From assembly GCA_050942925.1 (NCBI GenBank), contig JBMNOF010000001.1, forward strand, positions 2,823 through 66,822: DNA of 64,000 nt, in the 5' to 3' direction. Each line of letters opens with the position of its first letter. Positions within the stretch are counted from its first letter, which is position 1. The translations under genes were made by a program, and so were the position numbers. The notes under the pieces are model-generated. The model searched no databases. It was not told the origin of the DNA and saw only the letters and a list, made by a program, of their open reading frames with translations. Shown here piece by piece: positions 10,132 through 19,841 of the stretch. The stretch is from Candidatus Spyradocola sp. (GTDB lineage: Bacteria; Bacillota; Clostridia; Christensenellales; UBA1750).

Positions 10132-10812
10132 TTAACGCGCGTGTGTTTCTGCGCGTTCCCCGGGAAGCATCTTTCGCAGGGCGTCCAACGCGTCGCCCAC
10201 GCCGCCGATTTGATCGATCAGCCCGCAGCGCACGGCGGCTTCGCCATCCAGGATCGTGCCCACGTCGTTGGCCATGTCCTCCCGCGCCTCCAGCATGCGG
10301 TAGAACTCCTCCTCCCGCAGGCCGGAATGCGCGCAGACAAAGCGCACCACGCGCGCCTGCATCTGCCGAAGGTAGTCCACGGACTGGGGCGCGTTGATGA
10401 CCATGCCCGATACGCGCACCGGGTGCAGGGTCATGGTCGCCGTAGGAACAATAAAGGACTTCCGCGCGCAGACGGCCAAGGGCACGCCGATGGAGTGTCC
10501 GCCGCCGATGACCAGCGACACGGAGGGCTTGCGCATCCCCGCGACCATCTCCGCGATGGCCAGGCCCGCCTCGACATCGCCGCCCACGGTGTTGAGGACC
10601 AGAAGGAAGCCCTTTGTCGTTTCGCTCTGCTCGATGTTCACAAGCATGGGCAGGATGTGTTCGTATTTTGTGGCCTTGCTCGTTTCGGGCAGGACCATAT
10701 GCCCTTCAATTTGCCCGATGATGGACACGCACGCGATGGGGCTCTCCGGCGTTTCCGCGACCCCCATCTCCGTCAGGGCGTTCAGGTTTGACGTATTTTT
10801 GCTCTCCGGCAT
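10132..10812 (-). CDS. tepA: ClpP-like translocation-enhancing protein TepA
   Basis: IIGQIEGH, TKYEH, NTVGGDVEAGLAIAE, GGGHSIGVP, HPVR; GGAGGT RBS. Confidence 0.88.
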   Translation of the reverse strand: MPESKNTSNLNALTEMGVAETPESPIACVSIIGQIEGHMVLPETSKATKYEHILPMLVNIEQSETTKGFLLVLNTVGGDVEAGLAIAEMVAGMRKPSVSLVIGGGHSIGVPLAVCARKSFIVPTATMTLHPVRVSGMVINAPQSVDYLRQMQARVVRFVCAHSGLREEEFYRMLEAREDMANDVGTILDGEAAVRCGLIDQIGGVGDALDALRKMLPGERAETHAR

Positions 10813-10831
10813 AAAAAAGCACCTCCACAGG

Positions 10832-10862
10832 CAGTATGCCCGCAAAGGCGCTCGCCTATTTT
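10832..10862 (-). promoter_or_regulatory. Possible forespore sigma-G/F-type promoter of tepA
   Basis: AAATA-18 bp-CATACTG versus consensus GHATR-N18-CATNNTA. Confidence 0.4.
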
Positions 10863-10869
10863 CTGCGCG

Positions 10870-12120
10870 TCAAAACGCAGCAAAGGAGATGGGCTCGCCG
10901 GCGCGGCCCACGACCGCCGTACAGAACGGCGCCGAGAAAATCCGCTGCGCCACGTCGTTTACGTCCGCGCAGGTGGTCTTTTCGAGTTTATCCAGGATTT
11001 CCTCGAAGGAGCGCGTCGTGTTGTAGAGCAGCAGCACGTTGCCGTTTCCGCGCATGCGCGAGGTATTGCTCTCCTGCCCCATGACAAAGGAGATCCGCGC
11101 GCTCTGCCGCGCTTTCTCAAACTCGTCCTGGCTCACGCCCTCGCGCAGGAGCTTCTTGACCTCTGCGCCCATCAGATCCGCGACCTGCTGGGCGGTTTCG
11201 GGCGAAGTGCCGGCGTACAGCTCCATCTCCCCCACGCCGGAGTAGACGTTGACGTAGCTGTAGACCGAGTAGGCCAAGCCGTTGCGCTCCCGGATGCTCT
11301 GGAACAGGCGGGAGGACATGGACCCGCCAAAGAGCGTGGAGAGGATGAGCTGGGCATAGCTCTCCGGCGCGTTGCCGGCAAAGGCGGGATAGCCCACGCA
11401 GATCTGCACCTGTTCGACGTCCTTGACGCGGACGAGGTGGTTCTGCAGCGCGGGCGCAGGGGGCATGCTCCGCACGGCCGCGCCGCCAGAGGGCCAGCTG
11501 CCAAAGGCGCTCTCCAGCAGGGCCACGGCCTCCTCCCAGTCATAGGCGCCGGCGATGGAGACGACGGTGTTCTCCGGCGTGTAGTGCGTATGGAGGAAGC
11601 GGAAGAGCTTTTCGCGCGTGATGCCGCGGATGATCTCCTCCGTGCCGAGGATGGGCAGACCCAGGGGATGCCCCTGGTACTGCGCGTCGGAGAGGAGCTC
11701 GTGCACCAGGTCCTCGGGGTTGTCCTCGCACATGGCGATCTCCTCGATGACGACCCCCTTCTCGCGCTCCAGGTCCTCCTCCGGGAAGTCCGGCCGCAGG
11801 ATCAGGTCCTGCAGGAGGCGGATGCCGCGGCCAAGATCCTCCTTGAGGACCTTGGTGTAAAAGCAGGTGCTCTCCTTGGTGGTAAAGGCGTTCGTCGCGC
11901 CGCCGAGGCGGTCCATTTCGTCGGCGAGGGCGGCGGCGTCCCGGTCGCGGGTGCCCTTGAAGACCATGTGCTCCACAAAGTGGGAGTACCCGTTCTCCGC
12001 AGGGATCTCGTTGACGGCGCCCGTGCGCACAAACAGGCCGACGGCCACGGTGTGCACGGCGTCCATGTGCTCGCCGATGATCCGCAGGCCGTTGCGCAGT
12101 GTAATCCGATCGTAAGCCAT
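10870..12120 (-). CDS. M16 (pitrilysin) family zinc peptidase
   Basis: HFVEHMVFKGT (HxxEH), NAFTTKE, SSRLFQSIRERNGLAYSV; canonical position after pnp. Confidence 0.92.
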   Translation of the reverse strand: MAYDRITLRNGLRIIGEHMDAVHTVAVGLFVRTGAVNEIPAENGYSHFVEHMVFKGTRDRDAAALADEMDRLGGATNAFTTKESTCFYTKVLKEDLGRGIRLLQDLILRPDFPEEDLEREKGVVIEEIAMCEDNPEDLVHELLSDAQYQGHPLGLPILGTEEIIRGITREKLFRFLHTHYTPENTVVSIAGAYDWEEAVALLESAFGSWPSGGAAVRSMPPAPALQNHLVRVKDVEQVQICVGYPAFAGNAPESYAQLILSTLFGGSMSSRLFQSIRERNGLAYSVYSYVNVYSGVGEMELYAGTSPETAQQVADLMGAEVKKLLREGVSQDEFEKARQSARISFVMGQESNTSRMRGNGNVLLLYNTTRSFEEILDKLEKTTCADVNDVAQRIFSAPFCTAVVGRAGEPISFAAF

Positions 12121-12189
12121 CGCGTTTCTCCTTTATGACACTTAGAGGGAACGATGCAGGCATCGTCCCCTCTGTCAATTCTTACCAGG

Positions 12190-14397
12190 TTATTCCTCCG
12201 TCCTCTCCCGGCGGCGGTTGCCGTTGGAGCGGAAGGGGTAGTTGGGCTTGGGACCGTCTCCTCCGCGGTCGCCATGGTCGCGGCGGTCGTGGCGCGGCGC
12301 GCGGGGCTTCTCCTCGATGACCATGTCCGCGCGGGCGAGGTTGACGCGGCCCTGGGAGTCGATCCCGGAGACGCGCACCTTGATCTCGTCGCCGATGTTG
12401 AGCACGTCCTCGACCTTCTCCACGCGCTCGTTGGAGAGCTTGGAGATGTGGAGCATGCCGTCCTTGCCGGGCAGGAGCTCGATGAAGGCGCCGATGGGGA
12501 TGATGCGCACCACCTTGCCGGTGTACTCCTGGCCCACCTCCACGCCGTTGGCAATGCCCTCGATGATCTTCTTGGCCTTGGCTGCGGCCTCGGCGTCGGG
12601 GGTGGCGATGAAGACGCTGCCGTCGTCCTCGATGTCGATCTTGACGCCGGTGTCGGCGATGATCTTGTTGATGACCTTTCCGCCGGAGCCGATGACCTCG
12701 CGGATCTTATCGGGGTTGATGGAGAAGGTGATGATCTTGGGCGCCCACTTGGACAGCTCCGCACGGGGCTCGGAGATGGTCTCGAGCATCTTGCCCATGA
12801 TGTGCATGCGGCCGTCGTAGGCCTGGGCCAGCGCCTGGCGCAGAATCGGCTCGTCAATGCCCTTGATCTTGATGTCCATCTGGATGGCGGTGATGCCGTC
12901 CTTGGTGCCGGCGACCTTGAAGTCCATGTCGCCCAGGAAGTCCTCCAGGCCCTGGATGTCGGTCAGGACCGCGACCTTTCCGGTCTCCTGGTCCTTAATC
13001 AGGCCCATGGCGCAGCCCGCGACGGGCTTCTTGATCGGCACGCCCGCATCCATCAGGGCCATGGTGGAGCCGCAGATGGACGCCTGCGAGGTCGAACCGT
13101 TGGAGGAAATCGCCTCGGAGACCACGCGGATGGCGTAGGGGAACTCCTCCGGCGAGGGGATCATGGGCTCAAGCGCGCGCTCGGCCAAGGCGCCATGCCC
13201 GATCTCGCGGCGGCCGGGGGAGCGCAGGGGGCGCGCCTCGCCCGTGGAGTAGGGCGGCATGTTGTAGTGGTGCATGTAGCGCTTGGAATCCTCCGCGGAG
13301 ATGCCGTCCAGCGTCTGAACCTCGCTCATGGAGCCCAGCGTGCAGACGGACATGACCTGCGTCTGGCCGCGGGTGAAGACCGCAGAGCCGTGCGCGCGGG
13401 GCAGCAGCCCGACTTCGCACCAAATGGGACGGACCTGCGTCAGCTCGCGGCCGTCCGGGCGGATGCCCTTGTCGATGATCTTGCGGCGCATGACCTCTTT
13501 GTCCAATGCATAGAGCGCATCGCCGATCTCGCCCTCCCGGTCGGGGAAGGTTTCCGCAAAGTGCTCGAGCGTCTCCTGCTTGACCTGGTTCTCGCGCTCG
13601 GTGCGCTCCGCGCGGTCGAAAGTGTCAAAGGACCAAACGACCTTGTCAAACGCGAACTCGCGAACGGCTGCGGCCACCTCGTCCGAAACCGTGACCAGCG
13701 GGAACTCGCGCTTTTCCTTGCCGATCTCCGCAACAATGCCCTCCTGGAAGGCGACGAGCTTCTTGATCTCCTCGTGCGCGTAGAGGATGGCCTTGAGCAT
13801 CGTCTCCTCGGGGACCTCGTTGGCGCCGGCCTCCACCATCATGATGGCGTCCTTGGTGCCGGCCACCGTCAGGTGCAGGTCGCTCTTTTCGCGCTCGGCA
13901 ACCGTGGGGTTGAGCACGAACTCGCCGTCCACAAGGCCGACCACGACCGATCCGGTGGGGCCGGCAAAGGGGATCTCGGACACGCACAGGGCAATGGAGG
14001 AGCCGAGCATGGCGGGGATCTCCGGCGAGCAGTCGTTGTCGTTGGACAGGACCGTGGCAACGACGTTGACGTCGTTGCGCATGCCCTTGGGGAAGAGCGG
14101 GCGCAGGGGGCGGTCGATCAGGCGGGAGGTCAGGATGGCCTTTTCCGTCGGACGGCCTTCGCGCTTGATGAAGCCGCCGGGGATCTTGCCCACGGAATAG
14201 AGCTTTTCCTCAAAATCCACGCCCAGGGGGAAGAAGTCGATGCCCGGACGGGGGGACTCGGCGACGGTGGCGCAGACCAGCACGACCGTGTCGCCATAGC
14301 GGACCAGGACGGAACCGGCCGCCTGCTCGGCATAGCGTCCAAACTCAAAGGACAGCTTGCGGCCCGCAAGCTCTGTTTCATAGATCTTGTGTTCCAT
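12190..14397 (-). CDS. pnp: Polyribonucleotide nucleotidyltransferase
   Basis: [47 protein letters not shown] and S1 domains. Confidence 0.97.
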   Translation of the reverse strand: MEHKIYETELAGRKLSFEFGRYAEQAAGSVLVRYGDTVVLVCATVAESPRPGIDFFPLGVDFEEKLYSVGKIPGGFIKREGRPTEKAILTSRLIDRPLRPLFPKGMRNDVNVVATVLSNDNDCSPEIPAMLGSSIALCVSEIPFAGPTGSVVVGLVDGEFVLNPTVAEREKSDLHLTVAGTKDAIMMVEAGANEVPEETMLKAILYAHEEIKKLVAFQEGIVAEIGKEKREFPLVTVSDEVAAAVREFAFDKVVWSFDTFDRAERTERENQVKQETLEHFAETFPDREGEIGDALYALDKEVMRRKIIDKGIRPDGRELTQVRPIWCEVGLLPRAHGSAVFTRGQTQVMSVCTLGSMSEVQTLDGISAEDSKRYMHHYNMPPYSTGEARPLRSPGRREIGHGALAERALEPMIPSPEEFPYAIRVVSEAISSNGSTSQASICGSTMALMDAGVPIKKPVAGCAMGLIKDQETGKVAVLTDIQGLEDFLGDMDFKVAGTKDGITAIQMDIKIKGIDEPILRQALAQAYDGRMHIMGKMLETISEPRAELSKWAPKIITFSINPDKIREVIGSGGKVINKIIADTGVKIDIEDDGSVFIATPDAEAAAKAKKIIEGIANGVEVGQEYTGKVVRIIPIGAFIELLPGKDGMLHISKLSNERVEKVEDVLNIGDEIKVRVSGIDSQGRVNLARADMVIEEKPRAPRHDRRDHGDRGGDGPKPNYPFRSNGNRRRERTEE

Positions 14398-14414
14398 GGT
14401 TTCTCCTTTCGCAG

Positions 14415-14530
14415 CCGCCCGCAAAAGCGTGCGCCCCGCGCGCGGAGTTTGCCCGGCGCTGCCCCCTTGGCAGCGTCCGGCAAACCCCACGCCACACGGC
14501 GGCGCGTCCTCCGTTGCTTTTTACGGGCGG
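14415..14530 (-). promoter_or_regulatory. Long hairpin in pnp 5' leader
   Basis: CCGCCCGUAAAA pairs with UUUUGCGGGCGG; inner stems GGGGUUUGCC/GGCAAACUCC and CGCUGCC/GGCAGCG. Confidence 0.6.
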
Positions 14531-14551
14531 AAATTTGACGTGAAATAGCAG

Positions 14552-14595
14552 ACGGGCCGAAAAGCCTTGCTCGGACGCAAGGCTTTCCGGCTCGT
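14552..14595 (-). terminator. Hairpin after rpsO (weak terminator)
   Basis: About 19-bp stem with 6-nt loop; poor U tract. Confidence 0.6.
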
Positions 14596-14604
14596 TTTCC
14601 GATT

Positions 14605-14871
<267 letters not shown>

Positions 14872-14962
14872 GTTGTTTCCCTCGCTTTTTGAAATTTCGT
14901 CAATCGCCGTCGGTCCGAGCTGAGCGTCGTGCGTGGCGCATCGCCCAGATCGCGGTTCAAGC
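14872..14962 (-). ncRNA. S15 autoregulatory leader RNA (Firmicutes type)
   Basis: About 90-nt leader with GAACC...GCG...ACGACGC..GCUCGG pattern between promoter and RBS. Confidence 0.55.
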
Positions 14963-14970
14963 CACGTTAT

Positions 14971-14999
14971 ATTGTACCATGGGAACACCGCCTTGTAAA
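14971..14999 (-). promoter_or_regulatory. sigma-A promoter of rpsO-pnp
   Basis: TTTACA-17 bp-TACAAT with TG extension. Confidence 0.75.
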
Positions 15000-15069
15000 C
15001 GTCTTTTTCTCCTGCCAAAATTTTTAACATAGCTTGTGGACGAAAGCGGCAAGGGCGGGGCGGGCGTCT

Positions 15070-16425
15070 TTACAGCGGGGCGGAAATGGCCTCCAGGTAG
15101 CCGTTCTCCGCAAAGGGAACGATCCGGGGGTTTTCCTCTCCCGCGCGGGCCATTTCCCGGCGCAGGAGGGCACGCAAATGCGCGCGCACGGGCTCAAGGT
15201 TCGGGTCGGCGACGAGGTTGCGCTTCTGGGCCGGATCGCTCTCGTTGTCGTAGAGGAAGACCTCCATGTATTCCGAGGCGCCGGGGTCCTTCCATCCGTC
15301 CTTGCCCACCGCGCCGACCTCGTAGGTCCAGCGGGGCGTGCGGATCGCGCGGCCGACGTGGCTCTCGCTGATCTGCAGGAAGGCAATGTCCTCCCAGGGC
15401 CCGCCGTCCGCGGCGATGTGCAGGTCGCGCCCCTGCATGCCGGGGATGGGCGCAAGGCCCGCGCAGGCAAGGAGCGTGCGCGGCAGGTCCAGGAGCGAAA
15501 CGACGCGGTCGCATGTGCGCCCGCCCGCAAAGCCCGGCCCGGCGATGACCAGCGGGATGTGTGTGCAGCCGTCGTGGCAGGAGCGCTTGTACTCCTTGTT
15601 GCGCGTGCAGAAATGGCTGCCGTGGTCCGAGGCAAAGACCACGACGGTGTTCTCCAGCTCGCCCATCCGCTCCAGCTCGTCCAGGAGCCGGCCCAAATTG
15701 CGGTCGCAGGCGTTGCAGGCGCCGAGGTAGTCCGGGTAGTTCTCGCGCCAATTTCCGCCCGTTCCCACAAGATCCGGGGGGACGTCGTAGTCGGCAAAGC
15801 GCTCCTTGGAGCCCAGCGGGCCTTCGTAGCGGTTGTGGTTGTTCTGGTGGTGCGGCTCGATGTGGGAGAGGAAGAGGAAGAAGGGCCGGTCCTTCTCGCG
15901 GGCGGTTTGCAGGTATTCCAGCGCCGCGTCCGTCACGGCGTCGGCGCGGTAGCCGGAAAACTCGTACCGGCTTCCATCCGCGCGGAACATGTGCCCGCCA
16001 TAGCCTTCGGAGGTGAACTCGAGCACGTCGCTGGCAACCCAGTAGTCCTGCCAGCCGCCGCGGCGCTCCGGGGGAACGGGCGAAGTACGGAAGTCGTCCA
16101 CGCCGTCGGTGGAGGCCAGGTGCCACTTGCCGACATAGGCCGTCGCATACCCGCCGCGATGGAAAGCATCCGCCAGCGTGGGCACGTCCGGGGGCAGCGC
16201 AATGCCGTTGACAAAGCACCCCGTCTGCGTCGGATACAGCCCCGTTTGCAGGGCGGACCGGGCCGGGCCGCAGACGGGCTGACAGGTAAAGGCCCTGCCA
16301 AACCGGACGCCCCGCGCCGCCATCTCGTCCAGGCGTGGCGTGACATCCAGCCTTTGGCCATAGCATCCGCAGGTGTCCCACCGCTGTTGATCGGTAAAAT
16401 AGAACAGGATGTTGGGTCTTCGCAT
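15070..16425 (-). CDS. Cys-type sulfatase family hydrolase
   Basis: RPNILFYFTDQQRWD, CQPVCGPARS (CxPxR), GKWHL, EPHH, SDHG; AAGGAG RBS. Confidence 0.9.
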   Translation of the reverse strand: MRRPNILFYFTDQQRWDTCGCYGQRLDVTPRLDEMAARGVRFGRAFTCQPVCGPARSALQTGLYPTQTGCFVNGIALPPDVPTLADAFHRGGYATAYVGKWHLASTDGVDDFRTSPVPPERRGGWQDYWVASDVLEFTSEGYGGHMFRADGSRYEFSGYRADAVTDAALEYLQTAREKDRPFFLFLSHIEPHHQNNHNRYEGPLGSKERFADYDVPPDLVGTGGNWRENYPDYLGACNACDRNLGRLLDELERMGELENTVVVFASDHGSHFCTRNKEYKRSCHDGCTHIPLVIAGPGFAGGRTCDRVVSLLDLPRTLLACAGLAPIPGMQGRDLHIAADGGPWEDIAFLQISESHVGRAIRTPRWTYEVGAVGKDGWKDPGASEYMEVFLYDNESDPAQKRNLVADPNLEPVRAHLRALLRREMARAGEENPRIVPFAENGYLEAISAPL

Positions 16426-16547
16426 TTCCGTCGCTCCTTTCTTTTTCGGGCCATTTCGCCCGACTCCCGGGATTTGGAAAAGAGGTTCCAGGGATATGCG
16501 CCAAAATCCTGCCTTCTTTGGGAAAATTCCTTTTCCCGCATGCAAAA

Positions 16548-16587
16548 CGCCGGCCCCGAACGGAAAATTTTCCGTTCGGGGCCGGCG
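16548..16587. repeat. Perfect 40-bp palindrome, likely the ribF terminator
   Basis: CGCCGGCCCCGAACGGAAAA|TTTTCCGTTCGGGGCCGGCG, followed by TTTT on the minus strand. Confidence 0.85.
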
Positions 16588-16601
16588 CGCAAGGGAAAAA
16601 C

Positions 16602-17501
16602 TCAAAAGCGCTTTGCCATCTCGACGTCGTGGGCGATCTGCTGCGACAGGGCCTCGATGGAGTCGAACTTCCGCTCCTCGCGGATGCGCGCGACAAAGGA
16701 GACGCGCGCGCCCTCGCCGTAGAGGTCGCCGGAAAAATCGAGCAGGTACGCCTCCAGCGTCGGCCGGTCGCTGCCCACGGTGGGCTTTACCCCCAGGTTG
16801 AACATGGCCCGGTAGCGCTCGCCCTCGATCTGGACGTAGCCAAAGTACACGCCGTACTTGGGCAGGAGCTTGCCCGGCGCCAGCGCGACGTTGACCGTGG
16901 GGAAGCCCATCCGATGGCCGATCCGGCGGCCATGGACGATCGGGCCGCCGATGGAGTAGGCCCGCCCCAGCAGCGCCGTGGCGCGGCGCACATCCCCCTC
17001 CAGCAGGAGGCTGCGGATCGCCGTGGAGGAGACGTCCATGCCGGAGACGCGCACCTTGGGCACGACGTGCAGCACGAAGCCCCACTCCTTGGAGAGCCGG
17101 GCGAGCAAGTCGACATTGCCGGCGCCCCCCGCCCCAAAGGTGTGGTTTTCGCCCACGACGATGTGGCGCGCGCGGTACTTCTCCACGAGCAGGCGCACAA
17201 AGTCCTGCGCGGGGAGCGCGGCCAGCTTCCGCGTAAAGGGAAGCAGCGACATCTCCTCTATGCCGCAGTGGGCGGCGAGCAGGGCTTTCTCCGCCGGCAG
17301 GGTCAGGAGCGGCGGCGAGCCCGCGCCGACGACCCCCAGCGGGTGGTTCAAAAAGGAGACGGCGCAGGGCGTCAGGCCCTCGCACAGCGCGATGGTCTGC
17401 GTCACCTCCAGCACCGCCTGGTGTCCGAGGTGCACGCCGTCAAACGTGCCCAGCGCGACGGCCGCGTCCGTGCCGCCCGCCTTGCGCGTATAGCATTTCA
17501 T
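16602..17501 (-). CDS. ribF: Bifunctional riboflavin kinase/FAD synthetase
   Basis: GTFDGVHLGH, VSSTAIR, GFPTVN, GVKPT, LEAYLLDF. Confidence 0.95.
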   Translation of the reverse strand: MKCYTRKAGGTDAAVALGTFDGVHLGHQAVLEVTQTIALCEGLTPCAVSFLNHPLGVVGAGSPPLLTLPAEKALLAAHCGIEEMSLLPFTRKLAALPAQDFVRLLVEKYRARHIVVGENHTFGAGGAGNVDLLARLSKEWGFVLHVVPKVRVSGMDVSSTAIRSLLLEGDVRRATALLGRAYSIGGPIVHGRRIGHRMGFPTVNVALAPGKLLPKYGVYFGYVQIEGERYRAMFNLGVKPTVGSDRPTLEAYLLDFSGDLYGEGARVSFVARIREERKFDSIEALSQQIAHDVEMAKRF

Positions 17502-17543
17502 CCGGTCTATTCCGTCCTCTCTTGTCGTCGTTTCGCCGCGCCT

Positions 17544-18419
17544 TCAGCGCAGGAGCATGCACCGGAAGCGGATGCAGCCTTCCTTGGCCTCCCCCATGCC
17601 TGCAAAGGCCTGTCCCAGGTAGACGCGCGCAATTTTGCCCTCCGGCAGGGGATGCTTCCACCTCTCCATGCGGATGGGATTGCCGTTTCGCACCACGCGT
17701 TCGAGCTTCTCGCTCAGGTGGACGGCCGGCAGGTGCCGGAGCGGGGCGTCCAGGGGAAGGAGATGGGCGTCCGGCGCGGACTCCAGAAATTCCTCCGGAG
17801 TCACGGCGTCCGCAATGCCGAAGATCCCGCTCTGCACGCGCAACAAAAAGGCCATGTGGCTGCACGTGCCCAGCACCCTGCCAATGTCCTGGCAGAGCGT
17901 GCGGATATAGGTGCCGCGCCCACAGCGCACGTCGAGCAGGAAGCGGTTTTCGCCGCTTTTCCCGGCAAAATCCAATCCATAGATCGTCACCTTGCGGCTG
18001 GGGACCTCCAGGGTCTCGCCCGCGCGCGCGGCCTCGTAGAGCTTGCGCCCGCCAACCTTGATGGCGGAATAGGCGGGCGGGATCTGCTCGATCTCCCCCA
18101 CAAAGCGCGGGAGAACGGCGCTCAGTTCTTCCTCCGTCACGGCCGGACCGCGCGCGACGACCTGGCCCGTCGCGTCCTGCGTATCGGTTTCCGCGCCGAT
18201 GGCGATCTCCGCGCGATAGGTCTTTTCCTTCTCGGTCACATAGTCAAACAACCGCGCCGCGCTGCCCACGCCGATGGGGAGCACGCCGGCCGCTTCCGGG
18301 TCGAGCGTGCCCATGTGGCCGACCTTCGTGCCGCGGGGAAAGGCGCGGCGCACCAGGACCACGGCGTCGGAGGAGGTCATGCCCGGGGGCTTGAGGAGAT
18401 TCAGGAACCCGTCCGTCAT
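17544..18419 (-). CDS. truB: tRNA pseudouridine-55 synthase
   Basis: KPPGMTS, KVGHMGTLDP, PPAYSAIKVGG, GTYIRTL. Confidence 0.95.
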   Translation of the reverse strand: MTDGFLNLLKPPGMTSSDAVVLVRRAFPRGTKVGHMGTLDPEAAGVLPIGVGSAARLFDYVTEKEKTYRAEIAIGAETDTQDATGQVVARGPAVTEEELSAVLPRFVGEIEQIPPAYSAIKVGGRKLYEAARAGETLEVPSRKVTIYGLDFAGKSGENRFLLDVRCGRGTYIRTLCQDIGRVLGTCSHMAFLLRVQSGIFGIADAVTPEEFLESAPDAHLLPLDAPLRHLPAVHLSEKLERVVRNGNPIRMERWKHPLPEGKIARVYLGQAFAGMGEAKEGCIRFRCMLLR

Positions 18420-19366
18420 GAGACGATCCCCTCCAGCGCCTGGGCGATGCGATCGCGGGCCTCCTCCAGCGTGGCGCCCGCAAAGCTGCACCCGGCCGCG
18501 CGGATGTGCCCGCCGCCACCGAACTGCGCGGCCACGGCGGAAACGTCCAGCGGTTCCTTGGCGCGAAGGGAGCACTTGATGAGGCCCTCCCGCTCGGTGA
18601 GCAATGCCGCGGCCTGCACGCCCTCGATTTCCAGGCCGATGTTGACGATGCCCTCGGCGTCCTCGCGCGTGGCGTTCAGCTCGGCAAAGTCGCTCTGCCG
18701 AGCGCAGAGCAAGGCGATCTTGCCCCCGCAGCGCAGGTCCAAGCCGTTGAGCACGCGGCCCATCATGCGCACATGCCCGAGCGTGCTGGTGCGGTAGAGG
18801 CGCTCGGTGATGGCATTGACGTGGGCGCCGCTGTCCACGCAGGCGCCGGCCGCGCGGAACGTATCGCCCGTGACGCTGTCAAAGCTGAAGTTTCCCGTGT
18901 CCGTGGACATGCCGGCGCAAAGGCACATGGCCGCCTGCGGGGGGATCTTCCATCCGGCGGCCTGGCACAGCTCCACGACGATCTGCGAGGTGGCCGCGGC
19001 CTCCGGGTGAATGACGGCGATGGGGGCAAAGGGTAGGGTGGTGCGGTGATGGTCGATCATGGCCCGGCTCCGCGCGGCGGCAAAGACCTTGCCGGCGGTG
19101 CCCATGCGGGCCTCGTCCGAGACGTCCACGCTCAGCGCGAGGTCGTAGACCTCCTCGTCCGGAAGGCGCACCGCATCCAGGCCTTCCAAAAAGAGGTAGC
19201 GGGCCGGAACCTCGTCCTGATCGTAGACCACGGCGCGCTTTCCCAGCCCTTCCAGGATGTAGCGAAGGGCCACGGCAGAGCCGAGCGTATCCATGTCCGG
19301 CGAAATGTGGCTGATGAGCGCGATGCTCTGCGCCCCTTCCAATGCATCCTTGAGCTGCGCAATCAT
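18416..19366 (-). CDS. nrnA: DHH family nanoRNase/pAp phosphatase
   Basis: HISPDMD, IDHH, DTGNF, GGGHIRAAG. Confidence 0.9.
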   Translation of the reverse strand: MIAQLKDALEGAQSIALISHISPDMDTLGSAVALRYILEGLGKRAVVYDQDEVPARYLFLEGLDAVRLPDEEVYDLALSVDVSDEARMGTAGKVFAAARSRAMIDHHRTTLPFAPIAVIHPEAAATSQIVVELCQAAGWKIPPQAAMCLCAGMSTDTGNFSFDSVTGDTFRAAGACVDSGAHVNAITERLYRTSTLGHVRMMGRVLNGLDLRCGGKIALLCARQSDFAELNATREDAEGIVNIGLEIEGVQAAALLTEREGLIKCSLRAKEPLDVSAVAAQFGGGGHIRAAGCSFAGATLEEARDRIAQALEGIVS

Positions 19367-19743
19367 GGCTTCTCCTCTTCCCCGTTCGCTTCGTCGGTCG
19401 AAATTTCGCGCAAGAGCGATGAAATATGCACGCTATAGGCGATGGAATCGTCAAAAACAAACGTCAATTCCGGAATTGCGCGCAGGATGACCTCCTGTCC
19501 GAGCGCGTGCCGGATGAACCCCGAGGCGCTGCGCAGCGCCTTGAGCATGTCCTTCTTCTCCTGCTCGCTCTGGACCATGGCGCTGATGAAGACCTTGGCG
19601 TACTTGAGGTCGCGCGTCAGCTCCACGTTGGTGATGGAAAACACATCGGGAATGCGGGGGTCCTTGACCTGGTTGCGCAATATGCTGTCCAAGCCGCGCT
19701 TGAGCTCCTCGGCCTGGCGGTCCACTCTGGCAAATCCTGGCAT
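19363..19743 (-). CDS. rbfA: Ribosome-binding factor A
   Basis: KDPRI, DLKYAKVFIS, GFIR, PELTFVFD. Confidence 0.95.
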   Translation of the reverse strand: MPGFARVDRQAEELKRGLDSILRNQVKDPRIPDVFSITNVELTRDLKYAKVFISAMVQSEQEKKDMLKALRSASGFIRHALGQEVILRAIPELTFVFDDSIAYSVHISSLLREISTDEANGEEEKP

Positions 19744-19796
19744 ATGGATTCTCCTTTTCCAAATCTGCGGGCGCGTTTGCGCCGCAAAGTCCCAAG

Positions 19797-19828
19797 CGGC
19801 GGCAGACGACGCCCGTCGCCTGCCGCCG
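19797..19828 (-). other. GC-rich hairpin between infB and rbfA
   Basis: CGGCGGCAGGCGAC/GUCGUCUGCCGCCG stem; no clear U tract. Confidence 0.45.
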
Positions 19829-19841
19829 TGAGACGGTTTTT

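Noticed and set aside
15070-17385. 771-aa ORF suggesting an N-terminally extended sulfatase
   Set aside because: The extension overlaps ribF in another frame and crosses the palindrome; a good RBS supports the ATG at 16425
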